A stretch of 63,786 bases of DNA, the filler included, from Asterionella formosa (lineage: Eukaryota), in NCBI GenBank assembly GCA_002256025.1. It is 6 parts of 6 records of this genome, joined end to end, with 100 filler letters (N's around TTAATTAATTAA, not from the genome) between each part and the next. Parts side by side here need not be neighbours in the genome. Positions count along the whole stretch, not along the records: positions 28,252 to 56,405 come from NKIB01001284.1; positions 56,506 to 58,251 come from NKIB01001293.1; positions 58,352 to 60,096 come from NKIB01001294.1; 3 more parts are not named here. One strand, written 5' to 3'. Positions within the stretch are counted from its first letter, which is position 1; each line of letters opens with the position of its first letter. Shown here one piece after another: positions 46,901-59,085 of the stretch. The notes beneath the pieces are model-generated. The model had not been told where the DNA came from, did not search any database, and saw only the letters and a list, made by a program, of their open reading frames with translations. A program made the translations under genes and the position numbers.

Positions 46901-49900
46901 GAGATTCCTAAGGAGCTTATCCAAGCTCAACGCGAAGTGACTCTTTGCATGAATGGAATGAAAGTGAATGGACAATCATTTCTCACAACAATTTCTTGAA
47001 ACATTATGTATAGGACAGCGCAATGGGTCAAGAATCAGACAGCTGAAGTCTATCAAGATGCTTTGATTCAAGTATTCCGTGTTTATAATACCGGAGGATT
47101 TAAAATTACAACAATCCGCTGTGACAACGAGTTTTGACCTTTGATGGAACAAATTTCCAATGAATTTCAAGTAACTATGAACTACGCAAACCCGCAAGAA
47201 CATGTTCCCAAAGCGGAGCAAAATAATCGAGTGATCAAATAACGCGTGCGCGCAGCTTATCATCGATTACCTTTCAAACATTTGCCACGACTGATGATTA
47301 AGATTCCAGTGACAGAATCTGCAAAGAAACAGAATTTCTTTCCGGCAAAGAACGGGATATCCCCATATTACAGTCCTCGTATGATTCTACATCAACAAAA
47401 CCTGGACTATGCTCGACATTGCCAGTATACATTTGGCACTTATGTCCAAGCACATGAAGAACCTGTGTTTTCAAACACTAATGCACTTCGCAGCCTAGAT
47501 TGCATTTTTCTACGCTACAATGACAACATACAAGGAGTTCATGAATTGTTACACCTACCTACAAATTCATTGATCACTAGACGAACAATTACTCCTCTAC
47601 CACTTACCCCAGCAATCATGAATCAAGTACACGCCCTTGCTGTGCAGGAAAATATGCCAGATGGTCTCAAGATATCAAATCGAGCGGTACAACTATTTTA
47701 TGATAGTGCTTGGATTGCAGGAGTGGATTATGATCATGAAGCATTTGAAGATGCACAAGATGAAGATTATGAAGATCAAGATGCTAGTGACAACGAAAGC
47801 AATGATGAAATTCTCGGAGATGAAGACTATGATGAAATGACTCCGGATGAAACATATGAAGCAGAACAGCTTGAACTAAACAACAATATCCAAGAGGAAG
47901 ACCCTGAACCTGAGGATAACAACGAGAATAATACTGAAATGAATGCAGATGATATCCAAGATGAGGATGAAGAGCCAGCAAATGAAACTGAAAATGAAGA
48001 GGCATTGTTAGAAGTCAATCCAAGCACTCAGAATGACTCAGACCCTAATGTTAGAATTAAAAGGTCTGGAAGAGTCTCAAGACCACCGTCAAAATTAACT
48101 ATGGTCCAAAATCATTTGCATACCCAAGCGCACTGTCGAGAAGAATACACGACTGATAATGCGAAAGTGATCGCAAAGACAATGTGTTATATGAATGAGA
48201 TGTGTATCGATAAAGAAGCATTTCACTTTGTTCAGTCATACAGCTTAAGGAAAGGCCTCAAGAAATTTGGCCAGAAAGGAAGAGACGCTGCTTATAAGGA
48301 AATGAAACAACTACATGATAGAGTTGTAGTTGAACCGATTAGGATTGAAGACCTTACCGATATCGAAAAGCGACATGCAATGGAAAGAGAGACAAGAGCA
48401 TTAAAGGCAGAGCATGTGCCAATGGCAGTTCGCAATGTGAATACATGGAAAGGGATGAAGCAGCTAGTCCAACTACCATGACTGAATCTGTTATGATAAC
48501 AGCAACAATGGATGCAAAGCAAAATCGCAATGTTATGACTGCGGATATATCCAATGTATTTGTGCAAGTGGATATCGATGAAAAAGAAAAAGGGGAACGA
48601 ATCATTATGAAGATTAGAGGTTTGCTTGTCAATATGTTGACAGAGCTCAGCCCCAAGACTTATGAAAAATATGTTGTTTATGAAGAGAACAACAAGGTCC
48701 TATATGTTAGGATGATCAAGGCATTATATGGCATGTTACAGTCATCATTATTATATTAAAAGAAATTTCGGAAGGATATTGAGTCAATTGGATTAAAGGT
48801 TAACCCATATGATCCATGTGTTGCAAATCGCATTGTTAACGGCAAACAGCACACAGTCACTTGGCACGTAGACGATTTGAAATCAAGTCACGTGGACAGC
48901 AAAGTGAATGATCAATTTTTGGAATGGCTCAAGCAGAAATACGCTTCTGACGAAATTGGTGAAGTCAAGGTCATGCATAGAAAGAAGCATGATTATTTGG
49001 CCATGACACTAGAATACTCTATTCCAGGAGTGTTGAGGGTGGACATGACCAAATATGTGAAATCAATGATTGATGATTTTCCAGTGAAACTTGAAGGTGT
49101 TGGAAAATTCCCATGGACAGATAAATTGTTCACAGTTGATACAAAATCAAAGAAGCTTGAATACTTTTGTTATGAAAGGAATGTTCCTATGTAAGCGACG
49201 AAGACAGGACATTCAACCAGGAATTGCATTTCTGGCAACCCGAACTACCAAACCGAATGAAGGCGATTGGGCAAAATTAGTCAAGATCATGAATTTCTTG
49301 AAAGCAACTCAGAATGAGGTTGCATATATGAGTGCTGATGACACTCAGAGCATTAAATGGTACGTTGATGCGGCGTTTGCAGTACACAAAGATTTTAAAA
49401 GTCACACTGGAGCTGCATTGTCACTTGGAAACTGAATTATTTGTTCGATGTCTACAAAACAGAAAGTGAACACTACAAGCTCGACTGAAGCAGAATTGGT
49501 TGGTGTCAATGACATCATATCAAAGGTGTTGTGGACGAAATTATTTATTGAAGCACAAGGACACAAGGTGACTACAAATGTCATTTACCGTGACAACACT
49601 AGCGCAATGAGGCTAGAAGCAAATGGAAAAGCAAGTTCAGGAAAACGCACGCGACATTTCAACATCAAATATTTTTATATTACTGATCTTATTGAAAGAA
49701 AGGAAGTACAAATCAAGTACTGTCCAACGGATGCAATGTTAGCAGACTACATGACGAAACCACTGGTTGGAACGAAATTTATTCATTTTCGTCAGCAAAT
49801 TATGAATTCAAAGTGAGCATCCATGTCCAGCAGGAGTGTGTTGGAGAAAATATTTTAGGAAAGAAAATTCCGGTATAATTTACCTACTACATATTGAATC

Positions 49901-50600
49901 GAATGAATCAAGAAAGAATATGGTACCAGAGAATTCGAAAACAATCTACGCCAACAGTAAAAACCCATAATTATATTAAAACTCTTAGGAACGATTACAA
50001 TCGATCACGGAGACATCGTTGTTCATATCTACAGCCTATTTGGTCCCTGACGTGTCCTTACAGGATACAAGAAAGCATAGAGTGCTTCGGGACGCAATTT
50101 CAACAATGGAAGAAGCGGGTTGATTATTGTTTGCTTCTGTCTTCAGATTTGAGTTACTAGTCAGTTAAATATCCGGACGGAGTAACAAGTTGTAGTTCAA
50201 TGGACCCCAACCTCTTTCAGCAACAGCTTTTTGGTTTGTAGCGATATGGGCAAAGGATTCATCCTGTGCTTTCGACACCAGGTCAACAATATCTTCCTTT
50301 TCAACAGCAAATGCAGCATTGCGCCTGTCCTTTTGGGTGAGTACATCTCTCATGCATTTCGTGAGTTGGATCTTTAAACTTGAATTTATAGTCACGGTAG
50401 AAATTGATGAGCTATGTCCAGCCAACGACTGTGAATCATTTATTGTCATAGTAGCATGTAATTCCACTAGTGAATTAGTTGCCTTTCCCGCCTGATTTAG
50501 CGTCTATGAGTGGTACTGGACTAAAAGTTTTGTTTGCCAAGCCAGTGTAGCCACCTTCGATGCAACAATATTCGATATTGCACCATATAGCTAGTAGAAA
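43990..50600 (-). pseudogene. Pogo/Tigger-like DDE transposase remnant split by the Copia insertion
   Basis: 50165-50467 reads IVDLVSKAQDESFAHIATNQKAVAERGWGPLNYNLLL. The C-terminal part continues across the insertion (44014-44600: KRYTCGLHVAAGRYLLG...WYNRAGDLPLPTTKQLLLTRF). Confidence 0.6.
44606..50105 (+). mobile_element. Full-length but coding-defective Ty1/Copia LTR retrotransposon (CoDi-type)
   Basis: LTRs 44606-44872 and 49839-50105 (267 bp, TGTTG...CAACA, 2 differences); TSD ATGGA; PPT-like CAGCAGGAGTG. Order: gag zinc knuckle CYCCGKAGHKSPLC, protease ILLDNQS, integrase IRCDNEF, RT TADISNVFVQ/WHVDDL, RNase H WYVDAAFA. Many stops and frameshifts. Confidence 0.97.
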
Positions 50601-51330
50601 TTTGCCATTGTTTTTTGCCTTTCAAGTTTCTAATTCCAAAATTATATTTTTTTAAATGATTGACACTAAGAGTGACTAATAAACTCATGTATTGCTATAT
50701 TACATGGTCCATGGCGGTTAAATGCAACTAAATATATATTAGATATTAAGTTTTCTCCACAAATATATACATGTTTTCCGGGAGATGCCAGCTCAATGGT
50801 AAAATATTTTTTTGCCATTTTTGGGCCAATCGCTATTTTCCGACACAGTTATCTGATTATCTAAGGGTCGTTCTTATCATTCCGAATTTGCTGTATCATT
50901 TCCCGGTTGCGGGAAAACAGTGACGGTTGGTATTAAAACACGGTATCAGCAACGGTAACTTGATGGTCGTATTAATTTTGTATCATTGATACAAAATTGA
51001 TACCTTTTTTTGCCCCCTCCAAAGACGGTACCAGTGATACTGACGTTTTCACGTGGGTATCATTTCCGTTGTCACTAATAAAATAACCGAAAAAATCCTG
51101 CAAGGCAAGGCACCACTAATAATATTAATGGCATATCCTATTCCTTCAATTTTATGCTGGCTGTGTACATCGTCCAAGCAACACCATTGATACAATTATA
51201 CGGTACCAGACAGAAACTTATACTTGCCACTTACTTATATTGGCGATCTTATAACTCCCAAGTGTTTTTGTGTATTTGTTACTACATATCAGTCATTGGA
51301 ATCTCCCTGAAGATACTACAAGCAAGGCAA

Positions 51331-52836
51331 ATGGAACCGCATATGGAACCAGTCACACAAATGCAGACAACAACTGTTGATGGGGAGAACACTGTACATC
51401 AAGATCGACCCACCACCTTCAACAATACAATACAGTCTCTTGCTACAGATACTGAAGTCGATCGATTTGTTGACTCCCTCATACTTCCTGATGACTTTGT
51501 GCTTGATAGTGAAAGGACACAGGTGATTTTTATCAAAGGTGTTGCAATGAAGCAAATCTCGGTCAAGGTTCTCCGAAAAATTTGCGTCAGATACAAAGTT
51601 TCTGGATACAAAAATGCGAAGAAGGCTTTCACTGTTGCTTTGATTGTTGGACTTTTGAAGAGAGACAGCTTGTCACAGAGGATATACCCTAGCTCTTTCA
51701 ATGTCAATGAATCAGACATTGAATTGGATAGTGATAATGATAATCACGAACATTCATCACTTAATGATGAGGAATTCAAAGTCGACAAAGATTGCAAAGA
51801 TGATAATGATGAAAGTAACGACAGAGTTCAAGAGGCAACAGCAGTGCAGCCATGTGAATCTTTGGTCGATCCTCAGTTTGAACAAGAGGAAGTGAACCCT
51901 CCTGTAAAAAAAGCGAAAAAGAATAAGGCACAGGCAAAGTCAACCCCTCCAGATGCTGTGACCTGCAGCAACACATACTTCCATGTCATTAATGTCTACA
52001 TGTGCAACAAGCATTGCAGTGATGTTTTGCATCTAGGTCAGCCACCAACTCTGGCTGAACTTGATGCAAGAAGATTTCGACACAAGTTCATTTTCGATCG
52101 ACTTGTTGTCACATATTTTGATGATGAGGATGACAACTGGACCATTCTAGCATTTCTCGAAGATGAATACTGGGACCAAGTTGGAATTGATGCTGACTAC
52201 GCAAAAGAATATGATGTCCTCACTTCCAAAGGCTTTTCATTGGTATTGAGATACATTAATCATCATTATCAAGTTGCCTATCGAAAAAACAAACAATCAG
52301 GCAATAATGATGATTTTGTCAACTTTGTTGGGTCACGTCATTTCCTATATTACTACCATCTTTGGTTGTGTCAAGTTCCGCATTTATTGAATTTTTCTGT
52401 ACCACTGTTACCAAATTATGCCTTCCGTGAGAGTATAGACATCGACGATACTGCCACCACATCGTCATCAAAATCAAAATCTTCAAGCAATTTCAGTGTT
52501 AGAAAGAAGGGAAGACATGCAACCTTGACGCAAAAACCTACATCATCTTCTCAAAAACTTGCAAGTGCATTGGAATCATTTGAGAAGTCAAATGTTGCAA
52601 AACTCAGACTGCTAGAGTCTACAACTGCACCACGCAGAGAAAATGATCTACTGGATGTCTTGGATAAGTATAAGGTCCGACTAAGAGTTGCGCAGGAGGA
52701 ACTGGAAGAACTCGAAAATAAAGATTATGACACTTTAAGTTCTGACATTGTCCAAGCTTGTTTAGAAATTGCATCGTGTAAAAGAAAGCGTGATCAGGTC
52801 TTCAATCTCTTGTCTCAAGGTGACACATTGAAATGA
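51331..52836 (+). CDS. Harbinger accessory (putative DNA-binding) ORF, intact
   Basis: Open frame of about 500 aa inside the TIRs, convergent with the transposase; VLRKICVRYKVSGYKNAKK helix and C-terminal coiled coil. Confidence 0.6.
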   Translation: MEPHMEPVTQMQTTTVDGENTVHQDRPTTFNNTIQSLATDTEVDRFVDSLILPDDFVLDSERTQVIFIKGVAMKQISVKVLRKICVRYKVSGYKNAKKAFTVALIVGLLKRDSLSQRIYPSSFNVNESDIELDSDNDNHEHSSLNDEEFKVDKDCKDDNDESNDRVQEATAVQPCESLVDPQFEQEEVNPPVKKAKKNKAQAKSTPPDAVTCSNTYFHVINVYMCNKHCSDVLHLGQPPTLAELDARRFRHKFIFDRLVVTYFDDEDDNWTILAFLEDEYWDQVGIDADYAKEYDVLTSKGFSLVLRYINHHYQVAYRKNKQSGNNDDFVNFVGSRHFLYYYHLWLCQVPHLLNFSVPLLPNYAFRESIDIDDTATTSSSKSKSSSNFSVRKKGRHATLTQKPTSSSQKLASALESFEKSNVAKLRLLESTTAPRRENDLLDVLDKYKVRLRVAQEELEELENKDYDTLSSDIVQACLEIASCKRKRDQVFNLLSQGDTLK

Positions 52837-52865
52837 ATAATTTTTTTTCAACAATCAATTATAAT

Positions 52866-53837
52866 CTACATTAAATTTAATTCATGTAATTCCAACCTTT
52901 TTATTTCAATATTACCTGGAGGTCTTTGTAAACAACCCATGTTATCAATTCTTTCAAGAATAACATCTCGAATGACAGAACTACCAGGCATTACATCCAA
53001 TTTCTCAACCGTTGGCAAATATCCCCAACCAAGTGGAGAATTGTAGACTGGGGTGATTTCAGCTAAAATCTCCTGGATGTCATCTGCCTCATCACTTCCA
53101 GATGACCCAGAAATATCCTTATCAACTTTATTTTCGTCTATGACATAATTGTGCAAATGTGCACATACCTCAAGCACTTTTGCACTTGTTTCCAAGCCAG
53201 TTGTTAAGTTTCTTAGCCCATTTTGTTTGTAACAAACCAAATGCCATCTCTATCCTAATCCGTAGCTGGGAAAGAAAGAAATTATAGGCATCTTGTGTTT
53301 GATCATCACGCTGAGAACCAACAAATGGAACTAACATGGGTGAGTGGGAGTAGCTGTACCGCACTTGGAGAAATTCCCCATGACCTCACTCTCCAGCAAG
53401 TAAACCAACTTCTTAAAGGCTCAAAGGGACATTCTATAAGTCTTTTCAAAAGCGTCCTCATGACACAGCTTCTTGACATGAGAATGCCATGACATTCTCT
53501 CATGCTCCCATTTTGCCTTACTCTTTTTAACTTTCGTTTCAGCCTCCAGAACCAGATGACAAAGGATAAAGAATTGATCATGGTCATTGTAATCAAAAAA
53601 TTGATGGTTGTTTTCATTTTCAAAAAATTGATTACTGATGACATCATTACCATCATCATCATCATTGCCATCGTTGATATTCACGGCACCTTCAGTCCAA
53701 TGTTGATCCACTTGTTCGTTGTTGTGCAGTGACAATGATGACATGGTGCTGATTGCTTGTAAACCTGAAAGGGACGATGGCAAGCGGAAGTGTAAGAAGA
53801 AGTGTATAGACGATCTTGCATGTCTGTGTTGACTCAT
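52866..53837 (-). pseudogene. Harbinger (DDE_Tnp_4-like) transposase with internal deletion and frameshifts
   Basis: FEKTYRMS N-terminal part jumps to DAYNFFLSQLRIRIEMAFGLLQTKW and CAHLHNYVI; the GAIDG region is missing. Confidence 0.85.
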
Positions 53838-54345
53838 GGCAAATCAAGAATTTAGCAGGTATGTCAGCTTTATATTCTATACTGGTACATAATACGCGTA
53901 GTCTTCCAACATCGTTTTAGTAATGGAAAATTATCGAAATAGTCTGGAGGGAAGCCTGGAGGGATATGCACATGATTGTAGCCAGCCCGTAACCGTTGAA
54001 TTTTCGTGATACTTTTTGGTGATCCAATTTCATTTTTATTTTTGTGGAGAATGAAATTTTTCGGTTTAAATCGAGTAGCCATTGTATATTACTTTTTCAA
54101 AAAAAAAAATACCAAATCGAAAATGATAAGAACGACCCTAAAACACAAGACCTAATCAACAACTAGATATGTTGTATCCGGCGCAACATCAGGAACAACT
54201 TTGTCGTACTAAATATAGTCATAACTGGAAAATTAGAAAAAATCTATGTATACATTGTGAATATAATGTAGTGGGCGCGCTCTGATAATAAAAAATTAAT
54301 ATATCATGTGTATTATAACACAAATCGTTGTACCCATAACCCCAA

Positions 54346-54438
54346 AATTTGTGTTTGTGTTGACCAAATTTGGTAAACCTGGTAAGCACCTCACCCTACT
54401 ACCAGGTTCACCAAATTTGGTCAACACAAACACAAATT
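54346..54438. repeat. Near-perfect hairpin or miniature inverted-repeat element
   Basis: 39-bp arms AATTTGTGTTTGTGTTGACCAAATTTGGTAAACCTGGTA / TACCAGGTTCACCAAATTTGGTCAACACAAACACAAATT with 1 mismatch and a 15-nt loop. Confidence 0.9.
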
Positions 54439-54650
54439 CTTTACAGTTATAAATAACAGTGCATTATATAAAAAGATGTTTAGACATGAATGACTATATA
54501 GAATTTCCCGGAATATTTCAAGACTTGCTTGCTCATACTCAAAATGGCTTGCTCTTGCCAAAATAGGTATGCATATACATATGCATATCGTTACATATCA
54601 ATCAACCTCCTCAATACATCGATTGTCATCGCTTTTAGATTTCGACCCCC

Positions 54651-55865
54651 ATGTCTTCATCTTCTTCTGGTCAAAGGAGAGCAGCCAGGGAGGGCTTCCC
54701 TTCCTCTCCAAAGCTGCTTGAACGTCGCCGTCACCAGCAACAAGAACAATAACAGACTCAACCAGAAGAAGAGGAGGACGACGACGACGAGAATGAAGAT
54801 GACACTGGTGCTGATGAGTTTGCCAGTGACGATGAGGACAGTAGGATAGGTGTCCCAGCAGGTGTTTCTCAGATTGGTGTTTCTTGGGTTACTCAGTCCC
54901 CATCAAGGAACAACAACGATTTTTCACGTGCTCCTACTAGTTCAGTTTCAAGAACGGCAACTGCCAGGCGAGCACCAACGTTTCCAAGAGCTCACCGAAG
55001 CATGCAGAGTCGGGGTCAACAGTTCAGGATCAATGAGATTCTCTCATTGCTGGAAGCCATTTCTACTCACCTGCCAATTGGGTCCCAAAAATGGGAAGTT
55101 GTTGTATCACAGCACAACGAAAAATTCCCAGACAAAGAACGGACAGGACCTTCACTTCGCCGAAAGTTTTCACAGCTGCACAAAGTTAAGAAACCAACTG
55201 GAGACCCAACATGCCCTGCTGAGGTGAGATATGCCAAACAATTTTTTCGAAGAATCGAGCAACGAGCAGATGCAAGTGCTGAGATTGAATCCACTGATCT
55301 TGGAATAGAGAGAGAGCCCAATGAGCCCAATATTGATTAGCCAAATGTTGATGATGATTTTATAGCGATTTCTGGGGAGAGTGAAGACAATGGTGGAGCA
55401 ACATCTGCCACTTATGCTAATTTTTCTGGTTCAAGATTTCCTCGACCTATGGTGTCCCCTCGATTTAGAGATATGGCAGTGTCAAACAATACTGGGCCTG
55501 TTGAGAAAGTGCTTTCGCTTCTTTCGACACAGTTGCTTCACAAGGCTACTCGAACTGATACTGATAACCTGCAGCAGCAACAACTGCAGCAACAGAACAT
55601 GATGAACATGATGATGATGTCAATCATGGCATCATTGTTGAATCATGGGGTATCTCAAACAACCACCTCCACTGACAGTGCCAATCCCACTCAGGCAATT
55701 ATGAATTCAATTATTGCTTCAAACATGATTTCAATGCAGAAAACAATGCAAAGCCAAAATCTAACCTCAACAGCAGGTGCCAATGCACAACAAACTTTGT
55801 CTGCCTCAACTCAATGTCAAACACCAAAAAACAACAGTGGTAGCAGTAGTAGTGATGATGAATAA
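54651..55865 (+). pseudogene. Myb/trihelix-like (DUF6818-like) partner ORF of a second Harbinger clade, disrupted
   Basis: RGQQFRINEILSLLEAISTHLPIGSQKWEVV...RTGPSLRRKF..L...KKPTGDPTCPAEVRYAK; in-frame stops near 54750 and 55338 plus a frameshift. Confidence 0.75.
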
Positions 55866-55939
55866 CCTTAAATTAATTCATTCTAATATAATGTGAAAGA
55901 AGTGGTGCTAAATAATCAAGAAGGAATAATTTATTTGAA

Positions 55940-56405
55940 TTACATGGCATATCTATTTGCATTCCTATGCAAATAGGGCATATACACTGAAGCAATTTGG
56001 TTCTGACCAACTTTGCTAGCACGAAAGTTGTAGAGCAATACAATCATTTGGAGAATTAATTTTCTCTCACCTTTTTCTTCATAACAAAATTTGTCTTTGA
56101 TTCTCGGAAAAGATCGATGACCAAATTGCCATGGTGGAGTCATGTAGAACACCATGTGCATTGAAATATGAGCAGCAAATCTTTCCATCAGGCGAAAAAA
56201 GAAACAAGTTTGTCACATAGTGTTCATGGGTCCATCCATTGTAGAAGTTGTTCTGCTGTGTTTCATTTCCAGCCCGTTGCAGGGTCAGTTTCAGACCATC
56301 CATTGCTCCCCAACAATTTGTTATAAGTGGTGGGTATTTCTGATTGATCATGGTTGCAAACAAGGTGGCTTCGTCTGCAGTAGGCAGTCTCACAACGGCA
56401 TCTTC
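55940..56405 (-). pseudogene. Harbinger transposase fragment, second clade
   Basis: CWGAMDGLKL...QNNFYNGWTHEHYVTNLFLFSPDG.I......G..HDS and C-terminal SFPRIK...IVLLYNFRA.KVG.NQI. Confidence 0.85.
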
Positions 56406-56505
56406 NNNNNNNNNNNNNNNNNNNNNNNNNNNNNNNNNNNNNNNNNNNNTTAATTAATTAANNNNNNNNNNNNNNNNNNNNNNNNNNNNNNNNNNNNNNN
56501 NNNNN
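56406..56505. other. Artificial contig linker
   Basis: N44-TTAATTAATTAA-N44. Confidence 0.98.
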
Positions 56506-56856
56506 CGAGTTGCGCTTTGCCGAGGGAGGGACGTAGGGTGGGTGATTTAGACTATAAATTGCGAAAGGCTTGGCGATGCTTTAGACTGCTTCTCTGAATC
56601 GTTATTCAAAGAATTGTGTGCTTCACCCCTGTACTACTACTTTCTTGTTTAACCTCACGTGGTTGCTGTCTTCTTCCCTTGTTGTCTTAGCTACCGATTC
56701 TTGGTTGCTCGATTCACCGCTATATTAATTTCTCAGCTTCGACTCCTTCGATTCACATCGCGTGGTTTTTCTAGTGCGTCCGGTCCTCGTCTGGTATAAC
56801 TCCATCACGTCTGTCCTTGTCCGTAATATAAATTATGAATACCACGTCAACCATAA

Positions 56857-58250
56857 GGGCCGTTCTTATCATTCTGTTATTTGTTGTCATTGGTGTATCA
56901 TCGCCGAAATATGATACAAAAATGGCGGTTTGGTTTTTTTTTGTGTATCACCAACGGTTTTTTTGGTCTGATCACCGGTGTATCATGGGTGTATCACTGA
57001 TACAGTTTTTGGACCCCTGACCAATGCTGTATCACTGATCAAGCCGTTGATCACTGTGTATCACGTCCGTTGCCACTGATAAAATAACTGTAAATACGCA
57101 AGCACAACACTATTAAATATTGCGCCAACTATTTTTTGTTATATATATACTACGGTACTCTGTATACATTACCTTTCAGCTTCGTGAGTCATACAAGAAT
57201 CAGTAGTCCGCTCATCTCTATACCAATCTTCCGACATCGACTATATCTCGATTAATTGGCGCAATGAGCAGCAAAGTAGTAGTGACCGGAAAAAAATGAA
57301 CCAGGGTTGTTGCCACTTTCAACTATAGTCGGGCGGTTGATGGTGGCAAGGAAGCCGTCAATAGCACCAACACATCCTCTCATCACGCCCTCTGAGCTTT
57401 TGCATTCAAAGCTGGAAGCCAATTTGATAAATTCTTCTTTTTCTTTTGGAAAAATAATTTCGAGTTCTTCACAGTTTAGTACAGCATCAATGAACAAATC
57501 ACGACATCGATAAAGTGAAGCAATGCTACAACCGTAGGCATGACGAATGTCGATGTAACTGCCACCAGCCAGCCATCGCAAACCAATGGCTACCACAATT
57601 TCGGGAATTATGGGCTCAGAAGTGCCACATTTGGAATAATTCCCTGCAATCTGAATTTCCAGCATGGAGGTGAGTTTTTTGAATGCTCTGTGTGACATTC
57701 TGTATGTCTTCTCGAAAGCAATCTCGTGATTGAGTTTCTCGACATGTGATTGCCAGGAGATTCTTTCGTGGTGCCACTTGTGCCTTCGTTGTCGTCGTCG
57801 TTCAGATGACTGAAGCTGCCGTTTACAGCGTCGCCTTTGTCGTTTGGATGAGTGTTCTTTTTCCTCTGCTTCCTTAGTTAAATGACAGAGGAAGAAGAAA
57901 TCAAGATCACTACTGTCATCGTCATTATCATCAAGTAAATCAAATGGCGACGACATGATTCATGCAAATGTGTGTTTTTAATATTATATTTAGTTTCCCG
58001 GTAATTATATTTTGTTGTTGCTTGATATCAAGACCATCATTATATTCTGGAGGGATATACACATGATCTTCGCCAGCCTGTTGCCGTTGAAGATTCATTT
58101 TACTCCATGATACAATGTGATCACAAATTAGTGATACAGTGACACTTTTGGAATGAATGAAATTCAGTTCAAATCGAGTTACCGTTGCTGATACATTTTC
58201 AAAAAAATTCAAATTCCGTGATACACGAAAAAAAATGATAAGAACGACCC
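56857..58250. mobile_element. PIF/Harbinger deletion derivative, family H1, carrying the N-terminal transposase half (57252-57956, minus strand)
   Basis: TAA|GGGCCGTTCTTATCATT ... AATGATAAGAACGACCC|T; ORF has FEKTYRMS, VAIGLRWLAGGSY.DI and GCVGAIDG. Confidence 0.9.
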
Positions 58251-58251
58251 T

Positions 58252-58351
58252 NNNNNNNNNNNNNNNNNNNNNNNNNNNNNNNNNNNNNNNNNNNNTTAAT
58301 TAATTAANNNNNNNNNNNNNNNNNNNNNNNNNNNNNNNNNNNNNNNNNNNN
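58252..58351. other. Artificial contig linker
   Basis: N44-TTAATTAATTAA-N44. Confidence 0.98.
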
Positions 58352-59085
58352 AACCCTAATTGCCCAGCTGTGACAGGAGAAAAGGTGTTGGGTCCCTTCC
58401 GTGGATCGCAGGGCTGACACAGCCAATGGTCTGGTATGAAATCACTATTGTCCCGAAATGTTTGAAAAGGAAAGACAGATTCTTCTGGATCAATACAGGG
58501 ATGACAGAGCCAGTCTTGCGGATAGTAGTGTTTGTCGTTGTCAAAGTTTTGTAGTTGGTGGTCACTGAAAGCGTCCAATGCGTCACAGTCAAGATTCAGG
58601 TTGGCGATGGCAGTTTGTAAGGAGTCTACTCCTTCGTTTTCGACAGCGTTGTTGTTTTCTGGTTCATCAAAGACGTCCTCGTAGCCTAGCAAGAGTTCCT
58701 CCTGGTCTTCGTCTCCCTCTATCTCAAAGTCGCTTTCGCCTTCTATATCAAAGTTTCTAAAGTCCAATGTATCTGCAGAGAGGAAGTAGTTGCTGGCAGT
58801 CTCCTCCGCTCCTTCGAAATCAATGGAAGCAATCGCTGCAAGTAGATCGTCGTCGATATATTCGTCCCCGTCGTTTAATGGTTCAATAATTGGATCAAAT
58901 AGATGAATGGAAGATTGTCCTTCCTTGTTATCCACGCCTTGTATTTGTGCCTGATCGTTGGAATGTAGCGTTAGTGTAGCAAGCGATAGCTCGTCCACGG
59001 ATGCATCACCTCCTCCAGCCTCGACAGCGTTTGCGGATTTCGTCAGCTTTGCGTGATCACTTGTAAGGCACAAGAATAGCAGCAA
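58352..59085 (-). other. Acidic ORF running off the contig end; possibly the pre-protease region of a Ty3/Gypsy pol
   Basis: About 245 open codons, D/E-rich, with two WLCxPC repeats, ending FSPVTAGQLG; no catalytic motif visible. Confidence 0.3.

Larger units (their letters stand above)
50865..54138. mobile_element. PIF/Harbinger DNA transposon, deletion derivative, family H1
   Basis: 17-bp TIR GGGTCGTTCTTATCATT at both ends; TAA TSD (50862-50864 and 54139-54141); two convergent ORFs. Confidence 0.93.

Noticed and set aside
50780..50810. GCCAGCTCAATGGTA as a tRNA start
   Set aside because: There is no B box, T-arm or cloverleaf downstream.
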